Below the pieces are notes generated by a model. The model saw only the letters and a program-made list of their open reading frames with translations. It was not told where the DNA came from and ran no database searches. A stretch of 62,959 bases of DNA, the filler included, from Dugesia japonica (Eukaryota), in assembly GCA_001938525.1 (NCBI GenBank). It is 6 parts of 6 records of this genome, joined end to end, with 100 filler letters (N's around TTAATTAATTAA, not from the genome) between each part and the next. Parts side by side here need not be neighbours in the genome. Positions count along the whole stretch, not along the records: positions 22,471 to 31,784 come from MQRL01171007.1; positions 31,885 to 43,007 come from MQRL01609095.1; 4 more parts are not named here. One strand, written 5' to 3'. This document shows, piece by piece, positions 22,471 through 36,660 of this stretch. Position 1 is the stretch's first letter. Every line of letters begins with the position of its first letter. The position numbers were made by a program, and so were the translations under genes.

Positions 22471-25246
22471 CTTCATCTTGCTTTGTCATTGCTATCATTA
22501 CTACATTTGTTTATTATACCGAGAACATATTTTTCCGACTTCTTGCGACCGGCAGTGGTTCACACACATCTATAAATAACAGTTCAAACATTTTGGCTGG
22601 CTGCGTCCTTTTTGTTTCTTCTTTCGTTTTTATTGTCCACATTTTAGCTTTCTGGCATGTTATAAAACTTTGGACAACCTCTTATACTTTGCTCCACAAA
22701 TGTTTTGCGTTATATTTATGCTTTATATACGCTGTCACTTTTTCTGCTCCAGCATGACACAAAAGATGGTGTATCCTCATTATAACTTCTTCTATCTTCA
22801 TCATTCTCACCAAAATTGCCATGTTTTATTTAAATATCTACTGTACTTAACATCCCTGTTTTTAATTTTCCACTTTGGGATCCTCGTTTGACAATAGACA
22901 TTGTGCACATGTATTGCATTTACTCATTGACGACATATCCGCATTTGTATGAAGCGATCCTTTTCTATATTCCAATTTTATATCTAAACTGCTCAAATAA
23001 TTAATCCAGGCTTGTAACTGTGATGTAAATGGCTTCTTGGTATCTAGCATAAAAGTAATGGCTTTATAGTCTGTTCTGAGGATAAATCTCTTCCCATATA
23101 ACTAATGTTTGAAATGAATACAAAAGTAGTAAATTGTAAGCAATTCTTTCCTTGTTATACAATATCCTTTCTCACGACTCGTCATTGCGTGTGACCCATA
23201 TAAAATTACGCTTTCTTGCCCATTGTTGTCCTTTTGAGATAGTACTGCCCCAATTTCATTGAAACTCTTATCCATGTCCAAAATAAATTCTTTATTTAAA
23301 TCTGGAAAACATAATATTGGAGACATCATTAGTGTTTCTTTAATTCCATTAAAAACTTCTTCTAATTCATTCGCCCATTTAATATTCTTGTTACTTGGCT
23401 CACTACACAGTTGTTCCAGCAATCTAGCTTTTTTCGAATAATCTTCAATAAACTTGCGATAGTGATTGCAAATTCCTAAAAAGCTTCTCATTTTTTCAAA
23501 CTCATTTTGGTTTGCCAAAGTTCTTAATTGATTTTATTTTAGTAGGGGCTGTTTTTACACCTTCTTTACTGATAACGTGTCCCGAAAATTCGATCTCCTT
23601 TTGCATAAATTGACATTTCTCCGGATTAACTCTTAGACCACCCTTCTTAATTTCTGTTAATACTTTATTGATTATTTCATAGTGTTGCTCCTTTGCTTCG
23701 GTAAATTTGAGAATATCATCTAGATAAACCATCGCTCCTTTTATTTTCTCGATTACTTTATTTACCATTTCCGCGAACGTATCTGATGCTGCTGCAATTT
23801 CAAAAAACATTCTATTGAAACAAAATTCACCTGGTTTAGTCGAAAAAGCCATCTTTTCTTGTGAATCTTCCCTGAGTTATACTTGATAGTATACATTTCC
23901 AAAGTCTATTGAGCTAAAATACTCCGTACCTTCCAAAGCTTCCAGCATTTTTTCCACATTTGGCATAGGAAAAGCTTGTCTTTCTGTTATTGTATTGATC
24001 AGTCTAAAGTCTAAGCATAATCGTATATCCTTTTTTTCCTTTTCTAAAAGCAGATTAATGGCGTATTCCATTGCGAATTACACTTCCGAATAATACCACT
24101 ATGATAAAGATTTTTGATAGCCTCTTTAATCTTCTCCTCTAGATTCATTGGTTGGCAATACGTTTTCATGTTAATTGGACCTTCTTTAGTGATTATTCAA
24201 TGCTTCGTTAAGTGTGTGCATCCAATGTCCCATTTATCAGCCATAAATACATCCTCATTATTCTGAATAATTGCAGTCAATCTATGATCTTTGTTAATTT
24301 CTAGAATCTCCATTGCATGTCTTAATCGTTCACCCGTCTGTATCTGCCTTCCAAATTTTGCGTCAATATTACAAACAAAATTTTCTCGATGATTATTGAT
24401 TTTTACCCTGCACGTTTTGTGAAGATGGTACCCAAAGGTATTCTGAAATTCCACTCCACCAATTAGATCTGGTATCAGTTTCTTTACTTTTATAAATGTT
24501 ACTTCCTTGCATACCTCTGAAACTACAATTTTCACACGTATCTTTTTAATTTTCTCCAATGAGCTGTTATTCGCGCAATGCAATCGTTCCTCGCTTTTCT
24601 CTAACATTGTTTCTTCGAGTCTATTAAATCCTTTCATGCTCATCACATTTATTCTTACTCTTGTATCCAACAAACAATCAAACTGTTCACCTTTGATCAT
24701 CACTGAAATCCTAGGTCTTGCATTTTATCATATAAAATTTCTACATTCTGTTTCTTTTCAATTATTACTATCACTTTTGCTTTTTTAACTTCTACATCAT
24801 TGAAACTTTCTCTTTGTAGGAATCTGTAAACCTTTTCTCTCACTTTAATCGTCTTATCACATATTTTGGCCTCTTGAGGATATTCAAACGAGATTTTGTT
24901 TAATGAAAAGCTCCCACCAACTTCTCTACTGATGGAGCCCTGCCTTTTGAATATTCTCTTCTTGGATCTTCATTTTCTATTATGCTCCCAGAAAATATTT
25001 CTTCATTTTTTTCATCATTCTCTTCTTGAATAGCATGAATTGGTTTGGTTTGATTCCAATCTTTTGTTTGTTGTCCGCTTTTAAAATTGTATCTTCTCCC
25101 TTCTAGTTTATTAATGTTCGAATAATATTCTTCAGCTCTGTGACCCGGATTTTTACATCTACCACATATAATTTCTGTACACATCCTTCTGATATAATCA
25201 ATCTTACCACACCCAAAACATTTTGGTGGTTTCTTGTCTGGACAAT
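22471..25246 (-). mobile_element. Degenerate Ty3/Gypsy gag-end, protease, RT, RNase H, partial integrase (same family as 3793-8001)
   Basis: CGRCKNPGH, LLDT, RLCLDFR, YLDD, KELLTI..FKH, HTNAD, HHLLCH/CQKAK/FIDVC in Gypsy domain order. Confidence 0.92.
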
Positions 25247-26792
25247 TTTTCTACTTAAATGCTACATCCTAAACTGTTGAACACCCAGAGGAACAGGATT
25301 TAATGTACTTTACGGAAATGATTCCGCTGGAACCTTCCTCTCTTGATATCTGTCTAGCAGATGGGGTGTCTAAGACCTCATTGTTTTCTTTAATAAATAT
25401 TATTATTGGTTAAATAACTTACTTTTCATATTTCTTTTACAAAAAGAATTGAAATTAGTTCCGCTCAGTAATGGAACCATGAATTTCCACAGAGTGCAGA
25501 ACCCATTCAATCGTGACGCAGGAATATTATAAGATAAAAAAAATCTGCCCCAATAAGAACGGATAGATCAACGCGGTAGGAACGTGGTCAAACGCTGGCT
25601 TTACCAGAATTTGCCTCCCAGACACATGAGTTATTTAGATCCTCATTCTAATCCGTCGCAATCTTTTACTAAGGATTTTGGTAACTATCGTTTATCGTAC
25701 ATTCAATAAATCTTATACGTTAAATAGATTTGATTTTATATCTAAACTGCTGTCATAAACCCCATGATTTTACATCCAAACTTTTTTTTTATAATCTCAG
25801 TTTTTAACAGTCTATTTTTAAGTGAACAAAAACTCGTACAAAATCTTTGAACTTCTACTAGGAAATATAAGAGTCATAGTGAAGATCAAGAAATGGCATA
25901 GTAGTTATTTAAATTAGCGAAGCAACAAACGGAGGCAAAAGTCGCTACAGTCTAGACTAAGAAACGTCAAATAAAAAACACTTTTTCTCGTAGAGGCGTA
26001 CGTACACAAGAACAAGAACTTCCTTTAAAGACACAATTAGAAATCTTCACCGCATTGCTAAAACAATCACACAAAAGATAAGATCACCTGGTCTAAGATG
26101 TGTTAAAATTACGGGCACAGATGTCTCTTGAACGTGTCATGATCGATCCTGGTACTTAAACCCGCCAATGAATTAAAATCGAAAAAATAAATCTTTGCTA
26201 ATCATGATTTCTTTTTAATTTACTTAGTCTATGCTTTTATAATATAATGATTGATCTTTGTTTCCTAAGTGCGTACATATCAACATCGATGTACAATTAT
26301 CATTGCAAATTACAAGGATTACGACTAAAACATCTTTACTATAAGCATCGAGTAAAGATGTTACTCCAGCATACGTCAAATTGAAACAGCACGCAAATTT
26401 CAGTTATTTATTGCTAATTCAACTATAAACTACCTTTTCCACAGTCCACAGTCCCAAAAAACCTACTAAGCGTCAAGCTTTGAAATAACTCAGATGACGC
26501 AGCTCTATTTGACCTGGAAGACGAAATACCACCTAGCTAGTGCTAGCGAATTAGTGTTTTTTAAATAAATTCTCAGAGCCATAGAGTCGTTTAATCGTTT
26601 AATAAGATAATAGAATTAGAAGAATAATATTGAACTCAGACCGAAGGAATACTCAAACTACGAGTTTCAAATCATCGACTCTATTCCGAAGATCTAGTAT
26701 AGGAACGCTAGACTAAATTCTTAGCGGGGTTCTACTGGGTGACCGACCCCTAGGTCATAAAATAAACATCCAACCCAGATGAAACCTCAACA
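25247..26792 (+). mobile_element. LTR-like element, family A divergent copy 3 (5' truncated) with decayed modules D, C, A, B
   Basis: Ends GATGAAACCTCAACA. Modules in the same order; acceptors AG|TG at 25823 and 26270; SEDQEMA..LFKLAK, MIDPGT*T and DAALFDL homologies. Confidence 0.75.
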
Positions 26793-27759
26793 TTATTAAA
26801 CCAAGTAAAAAGTACCTACGTAAAAAATGACCAAATATACTTGGTCTAATTTCTATAGCGTCACTTTTAATTCTTGAATAAAAAGACAGTTCTGTGGAAA
26901 TGGTGGAAAGAGCATTGTTGTAATTAATTTAATTAATTAAAGCCCTTTCAAAACCATACTTTTTTTCTAAAGCTCATTGTAATGTTTAATAACATGTTTT
27001 ATTATAATGTTTTTAGCGGCATGGTTTTGTAATAAAATCAAATTGGACGTTACAATTTTTATGTAAGGTAACTGAATTTTCTGACTTTTTGTGGTCTAGA
27101 TTATAAATTAACCACGACAAATTCGCATGATGTATGCGTGTTTCATATAACTTAATACAATGATATTAAATTTTACTGAAACTAATGCAATTATATGTGA
27201 CGATTTCTTTCTACGTAGATTAACAATGGAGTCGTTGCTTGTCACATTGAAAATGGACAGGTTGGCATTTCGACTGCCTATAATGTAGACCATTATAATC
27301 AAATGATAAATGATATTGGACCTGTAAGTTATAATGTCTTTTATATTAAGTTTGAATTTACTTTTTAATAATCAAATGTTTTTATTAATGACTTTTATCA
27401 AAATTAAAATATGTATAAGAATAATCAGATAAAATTAAGAAAAACATATTTAACATAAAATCGACCGAAAATTTATTAAAACATAAAATAAAACGAATAT
27501 TCAAAAAAAACATTTATTAATAATATTATAATATTTACAATGTATTAAAATAAAGCTTCAATCAAAATTTGTAAATTTCAGGAATCGACTTTAATATTTA
27601 TATTTAAAATATTTATTTATTATTAGTTTTTAAAATTTTCTTAGTTTAACTTTTTCAGTCAATCATCTTTGATCCTAAAGTGGATAATACAATTAATCTA
27701 CTGATTTTATCATGTTCAATGTAATACAATTGGTTTAATAAACTTATTTCGTTTATAAC

Positions 27760-30196
27760 TGTATGCTTTTATGAATGTATTTGGTTAATGAATGTTTAGA
27801 GTTTATGTGTCTATAGGGTCTATGCATGTATTTGGTTTATGAGTGTATAGGGTTTATGGGATTTATGAAGTTTTATGTGTTTAATGAAATTAATGGATTT
27901 TATAGTGTTTAATTCTTTTCATTGTTTAATAGGTTTATTTAATTTTAAAAATTTTAAATGGTTATATAGTACTATGTTTATATGAGTATTTGGTTTAGTA
28001 GTGTATATGGCTTATTGGTATATATGGCTTATAAGTGTATGGGTTAATAGTATATTGGGTTTATGAGTGTATAAGGTTTTGAGCGTATGGTTTCATGAGT
28101 TTCTAGGGTTTATCAGTGTTTAAAGTTATGAGTGTATGGTTTTATGAGTGTATAGAATTTATGTATAAGATTTATAATGTATTTATAATGTATAAGATTT
28201 ATAAGTATATATGGTTTTATAGGTTTAATAAAATTATTGGTTTTTTAGACTTAATGGGTTTAATAGGCTTAATTGGTTTAATGGTGTTAATAATCGAATG
28301 TGTTTATTAGGGTTTAATAGGTTTAATGGATTTAATTATTTTTGTTACATAATAATTATTTTAGTGTGAAATATTTGTTGTTCTTGTATGTATTATTATT
28401 TTCGACATGAAATGATTTTAAAATATTTCAAATTATCTTTAAATGACTACAATGTCTATAATGTTTGAAATTAATTTGAAATTATTTAAACTTGTTACGT
28501 TGTAGTATTTTAAAACCAATTTGAAATAATCTGAATATATTATCTTTTAAATACACACATACTCAAATCTGATTGGCTATTTGTGAAAACCTTATACAAA
28601 ATGTTATTATTTTCTCATAATTTCAAAATTATGTCAAAATCAGTGAATTAACAGAGCAAAAAAGTAAATTTATTATTTGTTACTTATTATTATTTTTTTA
28701 CTTTTAGATCAATATTATGGAATTATATGTATGTTTATTAATAAGTAATTATAAGTCACAGTTGACTCAATATTATCATCTCGTTAATATATAAAAATGT
28801 TGAGAAACTAATAAAGAAGAATAAAATAAATTAAAAATAAATTAATTTTATGGAATATTATTTAATTATTGTACATTTGTTGCATTTAATGTCATTGTTT
28901 TATAATTGTTTTAATTATATGTATTTAAATACTATCCTATTGTTTTCCATTTATTATTTATTTTAATAAAATTAAAACAAAAAGCACATTAAAAATTAAC
29001 AAAATTAATTTTTTTAATAAAAAGTGTACATATAGATTTCTTCAGAATGAGGAGTGAGATATATGTTTCGATATCATTCATCCTTCACATCTGATGCCTA
29101 AAAAAGAAATTTTCAAACAGATATGTAGATTCCATTAAAATTAAAAACTTCACGTTTATTTATTAAAGACTTTTAAGTTCAACTTTCGAGTAAACGACAG
29201 TAATCAACCAGCAATATTTATGTCATTTTAGGATATAATGTAAAGTCCAAACGCCTTTCCTGTTTAATTATTTCATCGATAGTTCAGGTATGTTTGTGAT
29301 GGCTATTTAAAAGAGCTTGTCCATTGAGTTGTGTTACGCTGGTAGTGTTTTGTAGATACATTTTCAAACGTCAGAGAGTTGAAAATGAACTCTCACTGGT
29401 ACATGTGGATACGGGTATTGTGGCTAAGATTTGCAGAAGCTTTCTGATATTTATTTGAAATGTTGCATTACAGACTGCTATGGCATCTAAGGTATTTCTT
29501 GGAATACCATTTTGGCTCACACGTGACAGAAGACGATATCATAGTTTCATTTCTGTAATAGCCGAATCTATTTGTATATAACAATAGTTTTGGTATTTTA
29601 TTATTTTAGGGGATGACTTTTATTTAGGCACATGAAGTTGCATAAGAAAATGAAATTTTATTTCATACGCCAAAGGAGAGGTTTAACCCCCTAAAACTCC
29701 CCTGGATACGACACTGAATGTATGCATTATTTTAACTCGAAATATTATTAAGCATTTTCAAATTATTTAAAAATACTGCAGTGTAATATATTTAGATTAT
29801 TTCAAATTATTTTCAAACAATATAGACATATTACGTTGTTGTAATTTAAAGATAATTTAAAATATTTTAAAATTATTTCATGTCCAAAATAATAATACAT
29901 AAAAAAAAACAACAAATATTTCAAACTAAAACAATTATTACGGAACAAATATAATTAAATCCATTAAACCTATAAAATCCTAATAAACACATTAAATCTA
30001 TTAAGACTATTAAACCAATAAAATTCAATAATTTCACCGAAGCTATAAAACTCTATACACTTATAAAAGTATACACTAATAAATTCTATGCACTCAAAAA
30101 CTTCATACACTTAAACACTCTATACACTCATAAACCCATACACTAAAATACCTTATACGCTCATTACCTTACACACTAAAAAACCTATATACGCAT
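27760..30196. mobile_element. Foldback-like element with long inverted arms built of short tandem subrepeats
   Basis: 28290-28560 is the reverse complement of ~29717-30020; outer arms have (ATGAGTGTATAGGGTTT)-like versus (AAACCC..TACACTCAT)-like repeats. Confidence 0.65.
29220..29716 (-). mobile_element. Internally deleted hAT transposon with C-terminal dimerisation domain
   Basis: Minus strand reads LATIPVSTCTSESSFSTL*RLKMYLQNT; terminus CAGTGTCGTATCCAGGGG at 29716. Confidence 0.75.
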
Positions 30197-33123
30197 TGTG
30201 AGATATACTGTTTTTTAATAGTTTGAGTTTTGTGAATTTATTAATTTTTAAATTATTACTGTTAATTTAGTTTCAGTTTTTGTTTAAATAATATTGGAGT
30301 TTGTGCGAAATATTAAAAATTTTGTAGTAAGATTTTTTGGAATTGTAATAATTTTTTATTTACTAAATTTTTAATTTATTATCTTTGTAATCTATTATCT
30401 GTGAAATTTATTTTTTGAATTTTTTATAAAATAGAAAATTTTATATTAGTAGATTTGAACCATTGCCGATCGGGAAGAAGGAACAATATAAATATATCGT
30501 GTATTAGAAATAAATTTTACCATTTTTGATCCATTTCATGTAAATTTTATAACCATTTTGTAACCATTATGTAAATTTTAAAACCATTTCAGCCAAGTTT
30601 ACAATTATATTCTACAGAACAGGAAAATTAAGAATAATCGGGATGTAAGAAACCATTAGAACCGCATGATTTGAACTCCTATGAAATTTTAAAAATACAA
30701 ATTCAATCGATAACACTTGTCGCAAATATTGGACTTGCCATACATTTGTATAAATTAGCAAAACTAGTCAACTGAGAGTTATTTTACCATGATTTTGAAA
30801 AATTCATACATACCCATCTACATCTCAGAAAAATATAAACATAAATTTTTTTTATTATCCTACTCATCCTCTTCACAATAAACATAATTTCAAATCATAG
30901 AAAATCTTTTTTACCTATATATAATACTAATCAACTCAACCCAAAACCAGAACCAACATCTTCGTTAACATCTAACCTTTCCAAAAACATCAAATTCACC
31001 CAGCTTTAACAACCAAACTCAACACCAGATCGATTTTAAGTGAAATACGTGATAACTCAATGCTGACTTAAGTCTATTGGCCTCTGAAGAATTGTACACT
31101 ATAAGTCCTTTAGGCAATTTATCGGTTGAATTCGTGAGCCACCTTAAATTAATTATCAAAACCTCAAAAAAGTGAAAACACACACATGTTTTGAGTCAAA
31201 TTTCGTATTTTTACTATATCCTAAACACACAACACAACCACAAAAACCATATGATAACATACACGCACATATTCCACACATGCACATGCGCAATACCATC
31301 CGTCACCAATACCGCAATACCTTTTAAAAAATTTAAAGAAAAAAAGGAAGCAAAAATTTAAAAGAAATTAAAGAAAAATTTAAAATTTTACACAAAATAA
31401 ATTTAAAACTTTTTGATCAGATCAAAGAAATGACACAATCAAAAATATGATCCGATAAAAAATTTTAAAATCAAAAATCCAAAATAGTTCATACTCAAAA
31501 TACTAGGCCAATTCAAATTTCACGGCCAGGGTAGTTAGCCCAGTGCTGACCTATTTGTTTACTTGTTTAATCTGTAAAAAAAATTAGAATTTAGACAAAT
31601 GAGAAAACTCCATTAACTTTTACATCTCATTACTAGTAAAATGAGAATTCTATAAATAGATTTGTACAAATTTATTATGTTAATGTTAATTATTTTAGGA
31701 ATTTTTTTTAAAATTTCTTGACAATTTATACGGCGTAGAATATGATTCTCAATCCAATATACTTCGCTGTCGGTTTTTACGTTTNNNNNNNNNNNNNNNN
31801 NNNNNNNNNNNNNNNNNNNNNNNNNNNNTTAATTAATTAANNNNNNNNNNNNNNNNNNNNNNNNNNNNNNNNNNNNNNNNNNNNTCTAGTATAACAAATA
31901 GGATTCCATCGGAAATAAGTAATATGATAACAAAGCAACCGCAAAAAATAATTAAAAAACGTAAAAAATCAAAAGCAACAGGTATAAACAAAGGAAAGAA
32001 AGGACATGAAACAATTTTTGAAAAAGATTTGCGGTAAAACTGAGTTATGTATTTTTGATCGAATAATGCTCTTGTGGATTTTATGTCAAATGATAAACGT
32101 AATATTATTATTATTTTTATTATTAAAAATTTTAATTATTAGCATTATATTTGACAAAGTTTTTATGATTTTATTTATTTATTCATTTGTATACAAAAAT
32201 TTTATTAAGATGATTTGATTATTAAGATTATTTTTATTAAAATGATTTGATTATTAAGATTATTTTTACTAATTTAAATGATTACTTTAAACATTTTATT
32301 CTTTTATTTAATAAGATTATTTAATTAGGATTATTAATTCATTTACTTTTTTTGTCTTATGAATATAATTTACCAAATTTTTTTATTATTATTATTTTAT
32401 GATTATTATTATTCTTTTATTTAATATAATTATTATTAAATTATGATTATTAATATAATTTACAAAATTTTCTAATATAATTCATTAAGATTATTATCAT
32501 TTTTTATTATTATTATTTTATGATTTATTTATTATGTTTATTAAATTATTAATCAATATTATTATGATCTATTTTTGAAAAACCTATTTATTTTAATAAA
32601 TTTCAAATATATAAAAAAAAATTTATTAATAATTTTAAAGTTAAAAATATTCCACTTCACGGAAAGAGGTATTTATAATAATTATACATCTTTGTTATAT
32701 ATTTGTATTTATATTGCATTTAATATGCATTTATAATACAATTTTTAAAATTTTTTTTATTTGTTTTTGTTGCATTTATATTGCATTCAAGATGCATTTA
32801 TAAATACAACTTATTATAAATTAATTATGTGCAACATACAAGCAATATTGTTGCAATTCTTCCCATGAAACTGGTTGCCATAAGATAATGAAAATGTATT
32901 ATGAGCAATCATTTTAAGGGAAGAAGTACTGCATATGTCCGACTTATCGGTCTGTTGATTTATGGAAATATAAAACATTTTATAGCATGCATGCAGACCA
33001 TCTAGCACAGTTTAGTGTACATAAAAAACATTATTAAAAACTATATTAGATAATAAGAAAGTAGGTCCAGCAACAAAGAAAAGTAAATTAAATGAACAAA
33101 AATCAGTTATTATTGAAGAGACA

Positions 33124-33474
33124 ATGCAAGAGGAACCAATATTGATTGTGGATGAAAAGGAGCCAATGCAAGAGGAGCCCATGTTGATTGTGGATGATGA
33201 AAAAGCTGAAGAAACACCAGATATTATTATTATTGAAGACAGTGAAGAAGAAGAAGACTGGAATAATTTTCGAGTGGTGGATGAATATAACAGAATGGAT
33301 AGTATTGATTTGAACGAAGTAACGGAAGAGGTTTCTTTTGGTGGATCGATAAACGATGTAGTGATTGAACCGGATTTGTATCGTTGTCACCAGATTTTAA
33401 AAGTTGATATCTCATCATGGAATACAACGGAAATAGTTTTACCGGAAATCAGTTTGTTAGCTAGTTTTAATTAA
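33124..33474 (+). CDS. Acidic low-complexity ORF with a tandem MQEEP(I/M)LIVD repeat, probably element-borne
   Basis: Open ORF with a 42-bp tandem duplication; no recognisable domain. Confidence 0.35.
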   Translation: MQEEPILIVDEKEPMQEEPMLIVDDEKAEETPDIIIIEDSEEEEDWNNFRVVDEYNRMDSIDLNEVTEEVSFGGSINDVVIEPDLYRCHQILKVDISSWNTTEIVLPEISLLASFN

Positions 33475-35584
33475 GATTTAGCTAATTTTAATCAGTTTTT
33501 TATTTTAGTGTATTTTTATGTATTTAATGAGTTTTAGCTAGTTATATTTATTTAATCAGTTTTGTATTTTAAACATGAACACATTATAAAAAAATTAACA
33601 CAGGAATGCAAGTAAACAAAGGCAAAAGCAATAAGGTTGAAATGAGACAAAGCAACTATTATAAACTTACTGAAATAAATAAAATAAATATATAAAATGA
33701 ATATAGATACTATTATAAAAGATATTGAAGAATATATAGATGAAAATTATCCAACTTTAAATTTTTTCAATGAAAATATAAAAGGTAATTATTAATCACA
33801 AATTAAAAACAAAAAAAAACAAATATTTTTTAAGATTTATTAAACAATAAATTCGCCACAGTATACTTGCTCGTGATTATTCGTGTTACATACTAAATAT
33901 AAATAAATATGAAATAAAAAAAAACAAAATAAGTTACATTTTTTATTAATAGTACATTTATGTTGCTTTCCCATTGCAAATGATAACGAATTTATTTTTA
34001 TCATAAAACGTATATCTTCGATTACTTCCGGACTCATAACATTTAGATCCAAGTTGACAGTTTTTGTAACTTTAATCATGTCTTCTTCAAAGATTTCATT
34101 TGCAAAGGTAGGAGGATTTAAGTTGAAAAACTTAACCAAATTACTCATTAAAAAAGTTATATTTTCTAATTTCTGGTTAAATTCGAGTTTTTCATTACAT
34201 TTATCATTTTGTAATATTACTAAGCTATCCAAGAATTGAATTTCCATCAACGCGTGCAGACCAGCTTGTAATGTNNNNNNNNNNNNNNNNNNNNNNNNNN
34301 NNNNNNNNNNNNNNNNNNNNNNNNNNNNNNNNNNNNNNNNNNNNNNNNNNNNNNNNNNNNNNNNNNNNNNNNNNNNGAGTGATTGCTTTCTTCAATTTGC
34401 ATTGGTTTAAGTATTTCTCATAACTTATTGTTAAATGTCTATTTTCTCTTTCAAAAATAGATGGAATACTTAAGTTGCATACCTTTTCCTTATATAATTC
34501 TTCATTATCCTTGTTGCAAATTTCGATTTCCTTGATTATTTCTTTTTGCTTCGTCGATAAATTGCTTAAAGTCATAGTAATTTGAGAAAATAATGTTTGA
34601 TTACTACAAATTAAACTTTATAAATATTGGAGCAGGCGTGTGTAAGTGTTCTTTGTTTACATGATTGGTTGTTCTTTGTTTGTGTGTTACAGGTTGTTCT
34701 TTGTTAGAATACGTTTATGATTGGTTATATTTACATATCTTATTTTATTTGTTAAGAAAATAGTATAAAATGTAAAATAATCTAATAATTTCATTATTTT
34801 TCTAAGAAATGTGTGAACAAACACTAATTGATGTTGAAGATAACTAACAAGATGCTTCTCAAAATGAAACGGATCAGCAATTTTCTGAGGCTAAAGATAA
34901 ATTCTTTATTTATTTGAATACCTTATAATAATCTATTTAGATAATAGTCAAGCAGACGTGGAAACTGATATAGATATGGAAGAAGAAGAAGAAGAAGAAA
35001 AAGAGGAAGAAGAAGAAGAAAAAGAAAAAGTACAAGAAGAAGTATTAAATACAAAAGGGAATGATTTATTGGAAAAATCCGCAAATGTTTTTGATCATGG
35101 TATTATTAATCTTATATTTTATGATTTTTATTATTACTTTAGAACTGTTTATTAATATCCTTGAAATCCATTATCCAACACTCAAAGATGACATCAAATA
35201 CTGTGCACCGAAATAGTTTGGATAAAAATAAAGGATAACTGGAGTGGATATCAAAGATGTCATGAACATCTTTTACAAATACCATGAATATTAATGCAGT
35301 GATTGCGAAGAAACAAAAACTATTTTAAAAAGAAAATTTATTGATATTATTTATGACTATAGTCATAATAAAGGACAATGATTGTAATTAAATTGAAATT
35401 TCATTGTATTGATGTTTAATAAAAATTTTAACTTGACTTGATGACATAATTTTTTAATATTTGTTGTCTTTAAATAATGTGTAATAAAAAACTTAAATTT
35501 GATGTGTTTTCATAAACGTTACAGTATGTAAGCAACAAGAATGCAACTATAACAAAGAAATGCAAACAAAGTACTCGAAAGCAA

Positions 35585-35773
35585 AACTCATGATCTAAAA
35601 AAATTTTCCTTGTCGGGGAGGTGATCTAGAAAAATGATGAGTCATGACCTAGACAAATTTTTCTTGACGGGGGGTGGTCTAGAAAATCGATGAGTCATAC
35701 GTATGACTCATGCTCTTTGTTATAAAAGTTCTTTGTCTGGGGGGGTGATCCAGTGCGCTACAATCTACCTACT
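35585..35773. repeat. Polinton-like right terminus with ~53-bp tandem repeats
   Basis: G-run repeats ending ...CTACCTACT (reverse complement AGTAGGTAG). Confidence 0.5.
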
Positions 35774-35879
35774 TATATCCATTCAAGAGACTTCAAGTTT
35801 ATACATCTTAACCCTCTAAAAGCTGTAATTGAAATTTATAAAGAAAAAATAAACATTGTAAAAAATTGAACTTTGACTG

Positions 35880-36660
35880 TTGAGATATTTTACGACTATG
35901 CTTAAAAAATATACAGCCTAGAGCTAGTCGAACGGATATATGTAGAGTTTTACAATAGCCAAGTACATTCATTATTGAAATAATTCAGTATTTCTTAGTA
36001 CAAGGCTGACCTAGTTGAGCGATTTAATCGAAAATTACGCACTCGATTAACTGAGTTCTTTACAAAACAAGGCAACACAAAATGGATACATGTTTTACCA
36101 AAAATAATTTATGCATACAAGGGTTCTAAGCACCAGGAAATTGTAAAAGGAAAAAAACAGTTGATGGTAACGATGATAATCTCATGCAGCATTTAATGAT
36201 TAATAAACACAAACATAAAATCAGTGAATTCAATTTGGTAATTCAAATCATCAATACTGACGTTTTATTTCTATAAAATACTTGTATTACAAAGCATGAA
36301 GTATGGATTATATTTTATAAAAAGAATTTTAGCGACTCTGTACTCTTCTGATTGAAACAATACAGAACAGTGAGTTGGACAACGGGTGTTTCAAAGAAGT
36401 GTATCCAGTGGAACTATTGTCACACTTTATACAGTGGATGATATATAATCAAAACATCAAATTTGGATAATGAAAATTGGATCGCCATTCATGTCAAATT
36501 AAATATTCTACATGGATAATATTGTATTAAATGACTCAAAAGTCAGTATAAGCAATGTTAATGTGATTATCAATAATTTTTTAAATAACTATGGTGTTTA
36601 TTGATTATCAAGTCTTTTAGGATAATAATTCAGACTATTTAATTAAAAAATTGTATAATG
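35880..36660 (+). pseudogene. Polinton integrase C-terminal remnant and possible cysteine-protease remnant
   Basis: VERFNRKLRTRLTEFFTKQGNTKWIHVLPKIIYAY at ~36015-36120; weak ENWIAI motif at ~36470. Confidence 0.6.
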
